Shown here piece after piece: positions 41,687 through 50,612 of a stretch of 64,000 nt of DNA (the first letter of the stretch is position 1; every line of letters begins with the position of its first letter). Made by a program: the position numbers and the translations under genes. The notes below the pieces were generated by a model. It was not told the DNA's origin. It was given only the letters and a program-made list of their open reading frames with translations, and made no database searches. The DNA comes from an uncultured delta proteobacterium (lineage in GTDB: Bacteria; Myxococcota_A; Polyangia; Polyangiales; Polyangiaceae): NCBI GenBank assembly GCA_963716725.1, contig CAVQUB010000034.1:96001-160000 (forward strand). Reading direction: 5' to 3'.

Positions 41687-42688
41687 GTGAGCGTCCGCCT
41701 GTGTGATAGCGTCCGCACCGTGCCGAGCGTGGACCGACAGACCGTCGTCGAAGCCCTGAACCACACGCTGGACCAGAGCGACTTCCCCACTCTCGGCGCC
41801 AAATACGAAGGCAAGGTCCGCGACAACTACTCGCGGGACGGCAAGCGCACGATCATCGTCACCGATCGCATCAGCGCCTTCGATCGAATCCTGGGCACCC
41901 TCCCCCTCAAGGGTCAGCTCTTGAATCACGTCGCCGCGTGGTGGTTCGACAAGACGGCCGATGTCGCGCCCAATCACGTGATCGCGGTGCCCGATCCCAA
42001 CGTGCTCATCGCCCACGAGTGCACGCCGCTCCCGGTAGAGATGGTGATGCGCGGCTACCTGACGGGCACCACCTCGACGAGCATCTGGGTGCACTACGAG
42101 AAGGGCGCGCGAACGTTCTGCGGTCACGCGCTCCCCGACGGCCTGAAGAAGCACCAGCGTTTGCCCGCCCCCCTCCTCACGCCGAGCACCAAGGCCGCGA
42201 AGGGCGGCCACGACGTCTCGGCGAGCCGCAGCGAAATCCTCGCGATCTCGGGCATGGCCCCGGCCGACTTCGACCAGGCCGCCGACATGGCCATGGCCCT
42301 CTTCGCCGCGGGCCAGCGCATCGCCGCCGACCGCGGCCTGATCCTGGTCGACACCAAATACGAGCTCGGCCGCACCCACGACGGGCGCATCGTGGTCATC
42401 GACGAGATCCACACCCCCGACTCGTCGCGCTACTGGAAAAGCGCCACCTACGACGCGCGCTTCGCGGCGGGCCAAGACCCCGAGAGCTTCGACAAGGAGT
42501 ACCTACGCCGCTGGCTCTCGGAGCGCGGCTTCACCGGCGACGGGCCGATTCCGGCAATACCGGATGAGATCCGGGTGGAGGCCACGCTGCGCTACATCGA
42601 AGCGATCGAAACGCTGACCGGTGAAGCGTTCGTGCCGAATACGGAAGAGCCGGTTGGGAGGATGCGGAGGAATCTGGGGATTGGGTGA
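41687..42688 (+). CDS. purC: SAICAR synthase
   Basis: GKVRD, TDRISAFD, KGQ.LN, TPSTK, LVDTKYE.G, DEIHTPDSSRYW, FDKE; true start may be slightly downstream. Confidence 0.96.
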   Translation: MSVRLCDSVRTVPSVDRQTVVEALNHTLDQSDFPTLGAKYEGKVRDNYSRDGKRTIIVTDRISAFDRILGTLPLKGQLLNHVAAWWFDKTADVAPNHVIAVPDPNVLIAHECTPLPVEMVMRGYLTGTTSTSIWVHYEKGARTFCGHALPDGLKKHQRLPAPLLTPSTKAAKGGHDVSASRSEILAISGMAPADFDQAADMAMALFAAGQRIAADRGLILVDTKYELGRTHDGRIVVIDEIHTPDSSRYWKSATYDARFAAGQDPESFDKEYLRRWLSERGFTGDGPIPAIPDEIRVEATLRYIEAIETLTGEAFVPNTEEPVGRMRRNLGIG

Positions 42689-42754
42689 GGGGCGGGCGGG
42701 GCTGACGGGTGGGGGATCCCCCCGGTCGAACACCCCGCTGTCTGGTTGGCGATT
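42632..42754 (+). repeat. purC 3' end plus downstream spacer (resident copy)
   Basis: 123 bp, 1 mismatch to 49004-49126; related copies at 47113 and 54530. Confidence 0.95.
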
Positions 42755-42908
42755 CGGGCGTGCTCCCGCGAACGCCGGAGATCATCGTGGCAGAGCGCGA
42801 GGCGCATCCGAGCGGGCGCGTGCCGAAGACAGTGAAGGCGCCCGTGACGCGCAACGTGCGGTGAAACTCGCCTGGCCGGCGTTCGGCGGGTGGAACGGCC
42901 AGTTATGC
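42740..42908 (-). other. attC-like site with degenerate distal core
   Basis: Minus strand starts GCATAAC; inner inverted repeat cgaacgccgg/ccggcgttcg; ends ACCAGAC instead of GTTRRRY. Confidence 0.7.
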
Positions 42909-42976
42909 CGTGGTGGAACACAGAGAGCCGGGTTGCGGAGGCCGTCGGCGCAGCAACCGTGTGCCATGGTCGTCGC

Positions 42977-43798
42977 TCACCGAGACGCAAGCGCCTTGAC
43001 GAGAGTCCAGCAGTCATCGAGGGCGTCGTGGTGCGCTGTGCCCGGTTGGTCATCGAGGGTCTGGCGCATCACGACGTGGCGAAGTCCCGCACGGACGCCC
43101 TCAACAACGAACCCGCCGCCTTCTGCGACGACGCAACTCGCCTCGTGACCACCGGGACCACATACCCTGACGTGGGAATGAACGTCTCTGCTGAAGTCGT
43201 CGAGTGGCGCGGCGTTCCAGAAACCGCGGTCCATGCAGGCGTCGATTCGAGTCCACGCGGTCAGAGGAGCAGACCAGCTGTCGACCGTGTGCGCAATGCC
43301 GAGCCCGTCTCGATCCTCGCAGGGGCCCCAGCGCTTGAGACGCGCGCGACAGAGCGACGCACGACGTTCCAGTGTAACGACGCTTCCAAAAGTTCCGCCA
43401 ACAAGGAATCGATACGCGGGCGCTCCCGACGAGTCTGGCAACGTGGCCTCACCGTGCAGGAGCAACTCGCCCGCGGCGAGGCGGAGCCATCGCGCACTCT
43501 GCAGGCGGGGAGAGAGGCCTGGAAAGAGTTCCGCGGTGGTTGCCGAGTCCGCCGGAGCCGGCGGCTGATCTACGGCAATCGGCTGGGTGGGGCAGCGGGG
43601 GAGGGCCATGCGTTCGCAGCCGGGCACTGTCGCCATGGTCAGGGCGGTCAGGGCCGCGGGAAGGCGGCGCGAAGCAGCGGTTGCGGCAAGCATCAGGTCG
43701 TCGCTGATCTCGCGCAGGCGTTTCCGGTGAGAAGACAGCGGGATAACGAATCGAAATTCAGCTGCGAAGGCAGCCTCAACTTCACTGGATGCTACCAC
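42977..43798 (-). CDS. Cassette hypothetical protein (possible lipoprotein)
   Basis: Only long ORF filling the space between two attC sites; real start must lie below 43741. Confidence 0.5.
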   Translation of the reverse strand: MVASSEVEAAFAAEFRFVIPLSSHRKRLREISDDLMLAATAASRRLPAALTALTMATVPGCERMALPRCPTQPIAVDQPPAPADSATTAELFPGLSPRLQSARWLRLAAGELLLHGEATLPDSSGAPAYRFLVGGTFGSVVTLERRASLCRARLKRWGPCEDRDGLGIAHTVDSWSAPLTAWTRIDACMDRGFWNAAPLDDFSRDVHSHVRVCGPGGHEASCVVAEGGGFVVEGVRAGLRHVVMRQTLDDQPGTAHHDALDDCWTLVKALASR

Positions 43799-43866
43799 TC
43801 CAGCAGCACACCTGGGGCGCTGCGGCTGGCGGGTCAGCCTTCGGCTGCTGAAATTTCCTGTTAGAC
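43741..43866 (-). other. attC site
   Basis: Plus GGATAAC...GTTAGAC; arms aaattcagc/gctgaaattt with one extra base and cgaaggc/gccttcg. Confidence 0.85.
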
Positions 43867-43875
43867 CGCACCCGA

Positions 43876-44667
43876 CTACGCAGCGAGCAGCGCTTCCAAG
43901 TTGGTTCGATCTGAGAACGGCTGAAGCGTGCTGTACTGCTCAATCCGTTTGAGATCCTCGTCACGATAGACACGGTTGATGTCAACGCTGTCGTCCAGCA
44001 AGGTCACTCGGCTCTCTGTCGCGCCACCGGCATTGAGATCGTGCCACTTCCGGAAGACTTCGTTCGCTTGCACATGACCCGAGGAGGTCATGCGAGAGAA
44101 GAGCGTTATGATCGCCGAACGGGTGGATTTTCCGGTAACCACGAAATCAACCGGAACGGGGCCGAACTGGCCGCTCAGTTGAATGGACGGCTCATACTGC
44201 AAACTCGCGTCCGAAAGGAACTCTTCGACGTCCTCGTTGAACGGGCTTTGGAGTTGAAGGCGCTTGGTGAAGAGCAGGTCTGACATTCTCACGCACGCCT
44301 GGCCCAGGAGGACGATCCCTTCCTGCAACGAATCGTCCGTGGGCGTAACCGGCAACTCGAGGGCACCGCCGCGGAGTGAAGCCCCGTAGAGATCGATTGC
44401 TTGTTCAAGCTGGGTTCGCCGCTTCTTTGAAGTCCACGGCTGGACGTCGTGGTCGAGGAGAAATGCCATGGTCTGGCCGAGGTCGCTCAGGCGCATCGGG
44501 GGCAGAAGCGGTGCGCTGGGCTCATCAACGACGAAGACGTCGACGGACGAACCGTCGGGATAGAGAAACCCAGTCTGGATCCGGATGTGCCCCTTGGGGA
44601 GCATGTCGACCTGCCTGACCATGCAGAGGTCAGCAATTGTCTTGGCGAGGGCTGGCGCGTTTTGCAT
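43876..44667 (-). CDS. DUF1828-like protein
   Basis: IQTGFLYPDGSSVDVFV..RLSDLGQT; C-terminal VDFVV nuclease-like segment. Confidence 0.7.
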   Translation of the reverse strand: MQNAPALAKTIADLCMVRQVDMLPKGHIRIQTGFLYPDGSSVDVFVVDEPSAPLLPPMRLSDLGQTMAFLLDHDVQPWTSKKRRTQLEQAIDLYGASLRGGALELPVTPTDDSLQEGIVLLGQACVRMSDLLFTKRLQLQSPFNEDVEEFLSDASLQYEPSIQLSGQFGPVPVDFVVTGKSTRSAIITLFSRMTSSGHVQANEVFRKWHDLNAGGATESRVTLLDDSVDINRVYRDEDLKRIEQYSTLQPFSDRTNLEALLAA

Positions 44668-44679
44668 GATCGAAGCTGA

Positions 44680-45105
44680 TCAAGGGACCTCGAAGGTCCC
44701 GTTGTGATTGATGTTTGCCGCAGCGCAGAAGTCCGCAAAGACGTCTTGAATGGTTTTGCCGGAGAGGTCCGCCCGCGTCTGTACGCCATCTCGAAGGTTC
44801 CTGGCGACACTGTGGTCGTCCTGAACAGAGTGTTTGTGGGAGCGCCCGGCAGATCCGTGGCAGGCCCCATCGACGTCGAGACGACAGATCGGTCCTTCGC
44901 CAATCAGAGTGACGTTGATCGTCTTGGCGCCAGTCTCGAGATTGTAGTTGACGTTCATGACGATGTTCACGCCGCTTGGGTTGGTGATGGGGATGCGCGA
45001 GGCGGTGAGCAGGGGGTGGGTAGCCGCCTTTTCGACGAGCTTTATGTCGACATCGATCGACTTGCCGGACAAGTCGCGCAGCGCACGGAAATCTGGGTTG
45101 TTCAC
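44680..45105 (-). CDS. Hypothetical protein (DUF6978-like)
   Basis: ICRLDVDGACH..SHKH; 12 bp upstream of DUF1828 gene; start uncertain. Confidence 0.6.
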   Translation of the reverse strand: MNNPDFRALRDLSGKSIDVDIKLVEKAATHPLLTASRIPITNPSGVNIVMNVNYNLETGAKTINVTLIGEGPICRLDVDGACHGSAGRSHKHSVQDDHSVARNLRDGVQTRADLSGKTIQDVFADFCAAANINHNGTFEVP

Positions 45106-45274
45106 GCTTCGGTGATCCCGAGCGTACCTGCTCGCCACACACTCGTCCATATTGCGCCAGGGCCGGATGAAGTGTGGACTTGGACAGGACGGCGTGCCCC
45201 CGCAGGCGCACGGAAGCAGGCGCAACGACCGGCGGCGCCTGGCTTCGCTTCGTCCACTGACCGCGTCCGCGGGG

Positions 45275-46273
45275 TCAAACGATCATACGCTTGGTTTCGC
45301 GGTCCCAAGAATCAATCACCCCCGCGTAGGGCAACCTAACGTCGTTGACATCCTCCAGCGCTAGCAAACGAACACAGTTCTTTCCACGTTCCTGCCTGGG
45401 CATCAGGCGCCCCAGCCCTTTCCATCCGGCGGACTGCAGGGTGTTGTTGCACGCGCGGCGGATCACAGACGCCAAAACGTCAACCATTTGAATGCCCGTT
45501 ACCCGGTGCGACGCGCAAAACTTCATGTCGCTCAAGAGAGCGTCAATGTCCACGTAGGTGAACGGTCCGTCCGGGCCAGAGACGCGCTCGCGAAGATGCT
45601 CAGGGGGCTCGGCTCTCTGGCCCATGTACCGCTGGAAGGCCGAGTAGTCAGCGCCCTTCATGCAAGCCAACGGGGTTGAGAGCGACTGGGTTTGTAACAG
45701 GGGGCCGACAATATCTTGCCAAAGCTGCTCGTGTCGCGTGGGAGTTACATCCTTTGCGTCGAGTCGCCAGCAGAATCTGCCAAGGGCCTTTGGAATCCTC
45801 TGGCTGTAGTAGAGAGTCGAAGCGGCAAGCACGGAATGCATCAAGGTCGTGAGCAGCACGGATTGGACATATAGTTGATCCGACAGGCTGCGCACTCGCG
45901 CCGCCAAACCTTCGAGTCGAGCTCGCACGGTTGATGCCATCGCGGGTGTCACGCTCGCGAGGATCTTTACGGCCTGCTCTTCCTTGTGGGACGAGATGCC
46001 TTGCCCGGTATGTATGCCCATGTCGATCACGGTCGCGATCAGAAGGATATCCAACCGCCGAATCGTGCGGATCACCTCCGCCATCTGCGCCTCCAAGAGT
46101 TGGCTTCCCTTGACCTCGCGGCCGCCGACTTTCCAGGGCTTGGTCACCCGGCGGAACTTCCGAAAGAGCGTTGTCGCTAGACTCTCGGGAACAACCAAGG
46201 CCGCGACGCAGGAGACCGCATTCGGTCTGGGCGGTATCTGAAAGGCACCTGCTTCGTCGATGAAGATGTACAT
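45275..46273 (-). CDS. DUF3800 family protein
   Basis: MYIFIDEAG, EVKGS, GIQMVDVLAS. Confidence 0.8.
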   Translation of the reverse strand: MYIFIDEAGAFQIPPRPNAVSCVAALVVPESLATTLFRKFRRVTKPWKVGGREVKGSQLLEAQMAEVIRTIRRLDILLIATVIDMGIHTGQGISSHKEEQAVKILASVTPAMASTVRARLEGLAARVRSLSDQLYVQSVLLTTLMHSVLAASTLYYSQRIPKALGRFCWRLDAKDVTPTRHEQLWQDIVGPLLQTQSLSTPLACMKGADYSAFQRYMGQRAEPPEHLRERVSGPDGPFTYVDIDALLSDMKFCASHRVTGIQMVDVLASVIRRACNNTLQSAGWKGLGRLMPRQERGKNCVRLLALEDVNDVRLPYAGVIDSWDRETKRMIV

Positions 46274-46364
46274 CGTCGATGCTGTCCTCACCTTGAGTCC
46301 GACCGAAGGTTCTCGGGAGCACCACGCGGCGATGAAGCAAGGGCGTTCATGTACGGTTCGGCCG

Positions 46365-47113
46365 GTCTAACTGGCGTTCTCCCTCGAACGCCGGTGGCAA
46401 TGTTAGCGGAAGACACCGCCGCGGGCACCAGCTCAGCGACCCAGCGCCTCCCGCACCCGAGCGAGCGCCTCCGGCAGCGCACGCTCGACCAGTTGCGCTT
46501 CCAGCCGAAGCACGCGGTAGCCGAGCGTCGTAAGCCTGCGGTCGCGCCGAGCATCCGCCGCGCCACGACCGCGGTGTGCGCTGCCGTCCACCTCGATGAT
46601 GAGCCGCCGGGCGGGCACCACGAAGTCGGCGATGAATTCCCCGACCACCACCTGGCGCCGCACCTCGACTCCGAGTTGGTGCGCGCGAAGCACGCGCCAC
46701 AGCGCGGCCTCCGAGGCCGTGGGCGCCGCGCGCATCGCTGCGGCGCGGGCGGCAAGGAGCTGTTGGCGGCGGAGCTGTTGGCGGTCGCGAGCGAGCATGG
46801 TTCCTCCGAGGCCCGGCGTGGTGGGCGGGCTTCGCGGCCCAGGGCGCACGATCTGTGACACGCCGCCCTTTGCGCTCGCTCGGAGGCGCCGGCTCTCGTG
46901 CTCAGTGCGTCGCGCCTGGTGAAAACGCGGCGTGGCGCAGAGCGTGCGCCGCTGAGCGGAGCCCGACCGCCGCGCCGGGCCGAGGCCCACCCGGCTCGCA
47001 TGCGTCACCTCACCGGGAGCGCGACAACCACGCGAACGCGTCCCCCTCAATCGCGCTGCGCGCGATTGGGGGGGGACCGCCGAGCGCAGCGAGGCGAGGG
47101 GGGGCAACCCGAG
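46365..47113 (-). mobile_element. DUF559/hairpin element copy 1 (complete)
   Basis: Half attC + DUF559 gene + leader + hairpin 47040-47077 + GGGGGGGCAACCCGAG; collinear with 48260-49004. Confidence 0.8.
46433..46798 (-). CDS. DUF559 (Vsr-like) endonuclease
   Basis: MR..PT.SE..LW, RRQ, IADF, IEVDG..H, D..RD..L...GYRVLR; GGAGG RBS. Confidence 0.92.
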   Translation of the reverse strand: MLARDRQQLRRQQLLAARAAAMRAAPTASEAALWRVLRAHQLGVEVRRQVVVGEFIADFVVPARRLIIEVDGSAHRGRGAADARRDRRLTTLGYRVLRLEAQLVERALPEALARVREALGR

Positions 47114-47172
47114 TGCCGAATACCGAGGAGCCGATCGCGCGGATGCGGAGGAATCTGGGGATTGGGGGGTGA
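47113..47172 (+). repeat. Orphan purC 3' end (VPNTEEPIARMRRNLGIGG*)
   Basis: In-frame variant of purC C-terminus VPNTEEPVGRMRRNLGIG*. Confidence 0.9.
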
Positions 47173-47492
47173 GGGGCGGGCGGGGGTGACGGTGCCCTGG
47201 CTCCGGTGGCTGGGGATCACATGGTCTCAACGGATTCCAGCAACCTGCCCTGGAAAGAGAGCGGTGCGGCGAGTTCGCCCGGCCGACGCGGCACGTGGCA
47301 CCGGCCGGGCAGAGGGCGGCACCGGATGAGCGGAAACTGACGAGCGGCCGCGAGGTCGACGCGGAGGGGACTTGCGTCGGTTGGGGGTGCGATTCGGCCG
47401 GCAGCGCGCAGACCGCTGCACCGACCAGGAACACGAGCAGCACAACGCATCTGACACCAGGGCTTTGGGCGTCTTGGGAATGTGTTCAGACC

Positions 47493-47576
47493 GGAGAACG
47501 ATCTGGCTTTCACCTGCAGGCGACCGAAGGAGCGCAGCGACCGACGGCGACTCTCACGTGCAACAGCATATTAGGC
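47493..47576 (-). other. Degenerate short attC site
   Basis: Plus GGAGAAC..ttcacctg...cacgtgcaa..ATTAGGC; 7 bp after the stop of the upstream cassette gene. Confidence 0.6.
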
Positions 47577-47583
47577 CGTCTCC

Positions 47584-48204
47584 CTACTGGGATGAGAGTT
47601 CTTCTGCGTAGCGTCCAGCTGCGATCCTCCGCGCAGCGTGAGCGAGGTCACGGAGAAGATCGGCAAGCTCATCCCAGCTCAGTGAGGTCTTGGCGCAGTG
47701 GAGCCCGTCGTTGGCGAGCCAGAGAGCTTGTGGGTGACCTTCGGGAAGCTGCTCTGGAAGGTAGTGCTTGCTCAAATTGTACAGCTGATTGAGTCGACTT
47801 GCCGGACTCTCGTCGCTCTTCTCGAAGAGGCGCTGGCCCGTGACTCGCGCGCCCACATCGAGACCCTGGTAGAGCGTCGCCAAGGCATGCTCAAGGTGTG
47901 ACAACGCTTCGAAGTAGACACCAACTCCGCGGGACTTCGTCTTGTCTCCGCTCAAGTACTGGTTCACCGCGTCGACCCCCGCATCGTGCGCGAGTATGCT
48001 GCTACTGCTGCGCCTGATTACAGCGAAGGCGAGTTGCGTTCCCCTGGGGCTGCATGGCGCGCTGAAGACTGAATTGAGGACGAACTGCTGTAACCAGTGG
48101 GCGCCGTCCGCGAACTCGTCCCGGAGCGGCTTCGCCGAACAGGCGCCCAAGAGCGAGAGTTCCTGTGAAACGAAGGTATCGAGAGCAAAGTTGCTGAGCG
48201 GCAT
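47584..48204 (-). CDS. Cassette hypothetical protein
   Basis: 206 aa ORF filling the space between attC-like ends. Confidence 0.75.
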   Translation of the reverse strand: MPLSNFALDTFVSQELSLLGACSAKPLRDEFADGAHWLQQFVLNSVFSAPCSPRGTQLAFAVIRRSSSSILAHDAGVDAVNQYLSGDKTKSRGVGVYFEALSHLEHALATLYQGLDVGARVTGQRLFEKSDESPASRLNQLYNLSKHYLPEQLPEGHPQALWLANDGLHCAKTSLSWDELADLLRDLAHAARRIAAGRYAEELSSQ

Positions 48205-48241
48205 CGCTTCTTCTGGCCCAGGGACCGCGGGATGTGGAGTC

Positions 48242-49004
48242 AGCTAACGATCGCCCTGGCTGGCGTTCTCCCTCGAACGCCGATGGCAATGATAGCGGAA
48301 GGCACGGCCGCGGGCACCAGCTCAGCGCCCCAGCGCCTCCCGCACCCGGGCGAGCGCCACCGGCAGCGCGCGCTCGACGAGCTCCGCTTCCAGCCGAAGC
48401 ACGCGATAGCCGAGCTTCGCGAGCTTGCGGTCCCGCCGAGCGTCAGCGGCGCGGTGTGCGCGGTGTGCGCTGCCGTCCACTTCGATCACGAGCCGCACGC
48501 AAGGCACGACGAAGTCCGCGATCAGCCCGCCGTTCACCACCTGGCGGCGCACTTCGACTCCGAGTTGGTGCGCGCGAAGCACGCGCCAGAGCGCGGCCTC
48601 CGAGGCCGTTGGCGCGACACGCATCGCGGCGGCGCGGGCGGCAAGGAGCTGTTGGCGGCGGAGCTGTTGGCGGTCGCGAGCGAGCATGGTTCCTCCGAGG
48701 CCCGGCGTGGTGGGCGGGCTTCGCAAGCCTTGGCGCACGATCTGTGACACGCCGCCCTTTGCGCTCGCTCGGAGGCGCCGGCTCTCGTGCTCAGTGCGTC
48801 GCGCCTGGTGAAGGCGCGGCGTGGCGCAGAGCGTGCGCCGGTTAAGCGCAGCCCGCCCGCCGCGTCGGGCCGAGGCCCACCCGGCTCGCATGCGTCACCT
48901 CACCGGGAGCGCGACAACCACGCGAACGCGTCCCCCCCAATCGCGCGCAGCGCGATTAAGGGGGGGACCGCCGAGCGCAGTGAGGCGAGGGGGGGCAACC
49001 CGAG
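48242..49004 (-). mobile_element. DUF559/hairpin element copy 2 (complete)
   Basis: Same layout as copy 1; hairpin 48930-48968. Confidence 0.8.
48322..48687 (-). CDS. DUF559 (Vsr-like) endonuclease
   Basis: 121 aa; 15 substitutions vs copy 1 by manual count. Confidence 0.92.
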   Translation of the reverse strand: MLARDRQQLRRQQLLAARAAAMRVAPTASEAALWRVLRAHQLGVEVRRQVVNGGLIADFVVPCVRLVIEVDGSAHRAHRAADARRDRKLAKLGYRVLRLEAELVERALPVALARVREALGR

Positions 49005-49126
49005 TGCCGAATACGGAAGAGCCGGTTGGGAGGATGCGGAGGAATCTGGGAATTGGGTGAGGGGCGGGCGGGGCTGACGGGTGGGGGATCCCCCCGGTCG
49101 AACACCCCGCTGTCTGGTTGGCGATT
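49004..49126 (+). repeat. Orphan purC 3' end plus spacer
   Basis: 122/123 identical to 42632-42754. Confidence 0.95.
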
Positions 49127-49263
49127 GAGGCGTTCAGCAGCGAACGCCGAGAGTCATCGCAGCAGACCGCGCGCTTGCCGCAGACAGCGAGGGCGTCCGC
49201 GACGCGCGACGGACGGGGAAACTCGCCTGGCCGGCGTTCGGCGGGTGCAACGCCAAGTTAGAC
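49112..49263 (-). other. attC-like site with degenerate distal core
   Basis: Minus GTCTAAC contains the TAA stop of the upstream ORF; ends ACCAGAC. Confidence 0.75.
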
Positions 49264-49650
49264 AGCGCCAGTGAGCTCCTTGTAGCGCCAATAGGATTCG
49301 AAAAAGGCATCGTGGAGCATGGCGCGGTCGTCGTCGTCGGTAGGTTCAACTAGATCCAGCCCAAGCCAGTCCGCGCAGGGGACGAGTTCCGGATCGCCTA
49401 CGCCGTCGATCAAACAGAACAAGCGGAAGATCGTTGTCGCACACGCATCGGCAACGACCTTCTGGAGGGCCGAGTGGGCGTCCGGGGACAAGCCCAGCGT
49501 CTGCAGTGCACGGAGTTCCGAGTCGGACAGCACGGGCTCCGGCGGGTAGCCGACCTTGGCGGAAGCGCGCCCCAGACCCTCGACCGCCTCGCACGCGGCG
49601 TCACGAATCAATCGGTGGACTTCGACGAGGAGAGCATCACGAGGGGTCAT
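49258..49650 (-). CDS. Cassette hypothetical protein
   Basis: 130 aa; stop inside attC core, ATG 15 bp after the previous attC. Confidence 0.8.
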   Translation of the reverse strand: MTPRDALLVEVHRLIRDAACEAVEGLGRASAKVGYPPEPVLSDSELRALQTLGLSPDAHSALQKVVADACATTIFRLFCLIDGVGDPELVPCADWLGLDLVEPTDDDDRAMLHDAFFESYWRYKELTGAV

Positions 49651-49665
49651 GAGGAACGCCCGGCT

Positions 49666-49831
49666 GTATAACGAGAGTGGCGTTCACTCGCGAACGCCGG
49701 AGGACATCGTAGCAGAGCGCGAGGCGTGGCAGAGGCGGGCGAGTGCCGAAGACAGGGAGGGCGCCCGCGACGCGGAACGGACGGTGAAGTCGGCAAGGCC
49801 GGCGTTCGACGGGTGGGACGGCAAGTTAGAC
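49666..49831 (-). other. attC site (long family)
   Basis: Plus GTATAAC...GTTAGAC; inverted repeat cgaacgccgg/ccggcgttcg. Confidence 0.85.
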
Positions 49832-49849
49832 AGCCCTCGCGCCGCTCGT

Positions 49850-50197
49850 TCACTCCGCCGGCGCGTCCGTTGCCCCGGCGTCGCAGGGGTTGAGGCTGAG
49901 GCTGCTGCTGGTGAGCGTGCAACTCCATGTCCCGGTCGGGCAAGAACAAGCGTACTGCCTGAGCCCCGTCACGTACTGCACTCCGGGTTCGCAAAGAAAC
50001 TGGACCGAAAGCGAGCAAGCGGCGCCGGTGACGCACCCACCGTTCAACAGCTGGTGGACGATGGCGCCATCCGCGGGACAGCTTGGATCGATTGGAGTTG
50101 GCGCGGCATCAGGACCCTTTCCGGTCGCGGAATTGTCGTCTGCGCAGCCGGACAGAAGCAGCGCAGGAATCGAGAGGCGGCAGATCAGGGAGCGCAC
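49850..50197 (-). CDS. Cassette Cys-rich lipoprotein
   Basis: LLSGC lipobox; fills the cassette. Confidence 0.72.
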   Translation of the reverse strand: MRSLICRLSIPALLLSGCADDNSATGKGPDAAPTPIDPSCPADGAIVHQLLNGGCVTGAACSLSVQFLCEPGVQYVTGLRQYACSCPTGTWSCTLTSSSLSLNPCDAGATDAPAE

Positions 50198-50216
50198 TGA
50201 ACCTTCCCGGTGGCCT

Positions 50217-50381
50217 GTATAACGAGACACACGTTCACCGGCGAACGCCGAGCGTCAAGTCGTCAGTCGGCAAGGCGCAACAGACGCGGGCGAGTGCCGC
50301 GTCAGAATGTTCGCCCGCGGAAGCGGAACGGATGGTGAAGTCGGCACGACCGGCATTCGGCGGGTGCAACGTGAGTTATGC
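50217..50381 (-). other. attC site (long family)
   Basis: Plus GTATAAC...GTTATGC; cgttcac/gtgcaacg arm with one extrahelical base. Confidence 0.88.
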
Positions 50382-50432
50382 CGCTCTGCGAAGCGCCTCG
50401 ACCGACTGCACATGAGTTGTCAGAATCAACGG

Positions 50433-50612
50433 ATGATTGCCGAGACGGTCGTCCTTGTCGGTGCCGGCGTGGTGGCCAACGGCTGGGATCCAGTGATCGC
50501 CGCGCTGCGGCGCACGTACTTCCCCGACATGCGTTCGCCGGAGGCCGCCAATTTCGCGATGGCGCGGTTCGTGTACGCGGCCCGGCTGACGCGCCCTGGG
50601 GGCGCAACGTAG
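50433..50612 (+). pseudogene. N-terminal gene fragment, possibly SIR2-like
   Basis: MIAETVVLVGAGVVANGW; truncated against the IS4 remnant. Confidence 0.35.

Noticed and set aside
45150..45275. Possible attC between DUF3800 and the next gene
   Set aside because: Only short inverted repeats; no AAC/GTT cores
46799..47443. Long N-terminal extensions of the DUF559 ORFs
   Set aside because: GGAGG RBS precedes ATG 46798/48687; extensions differ between copies
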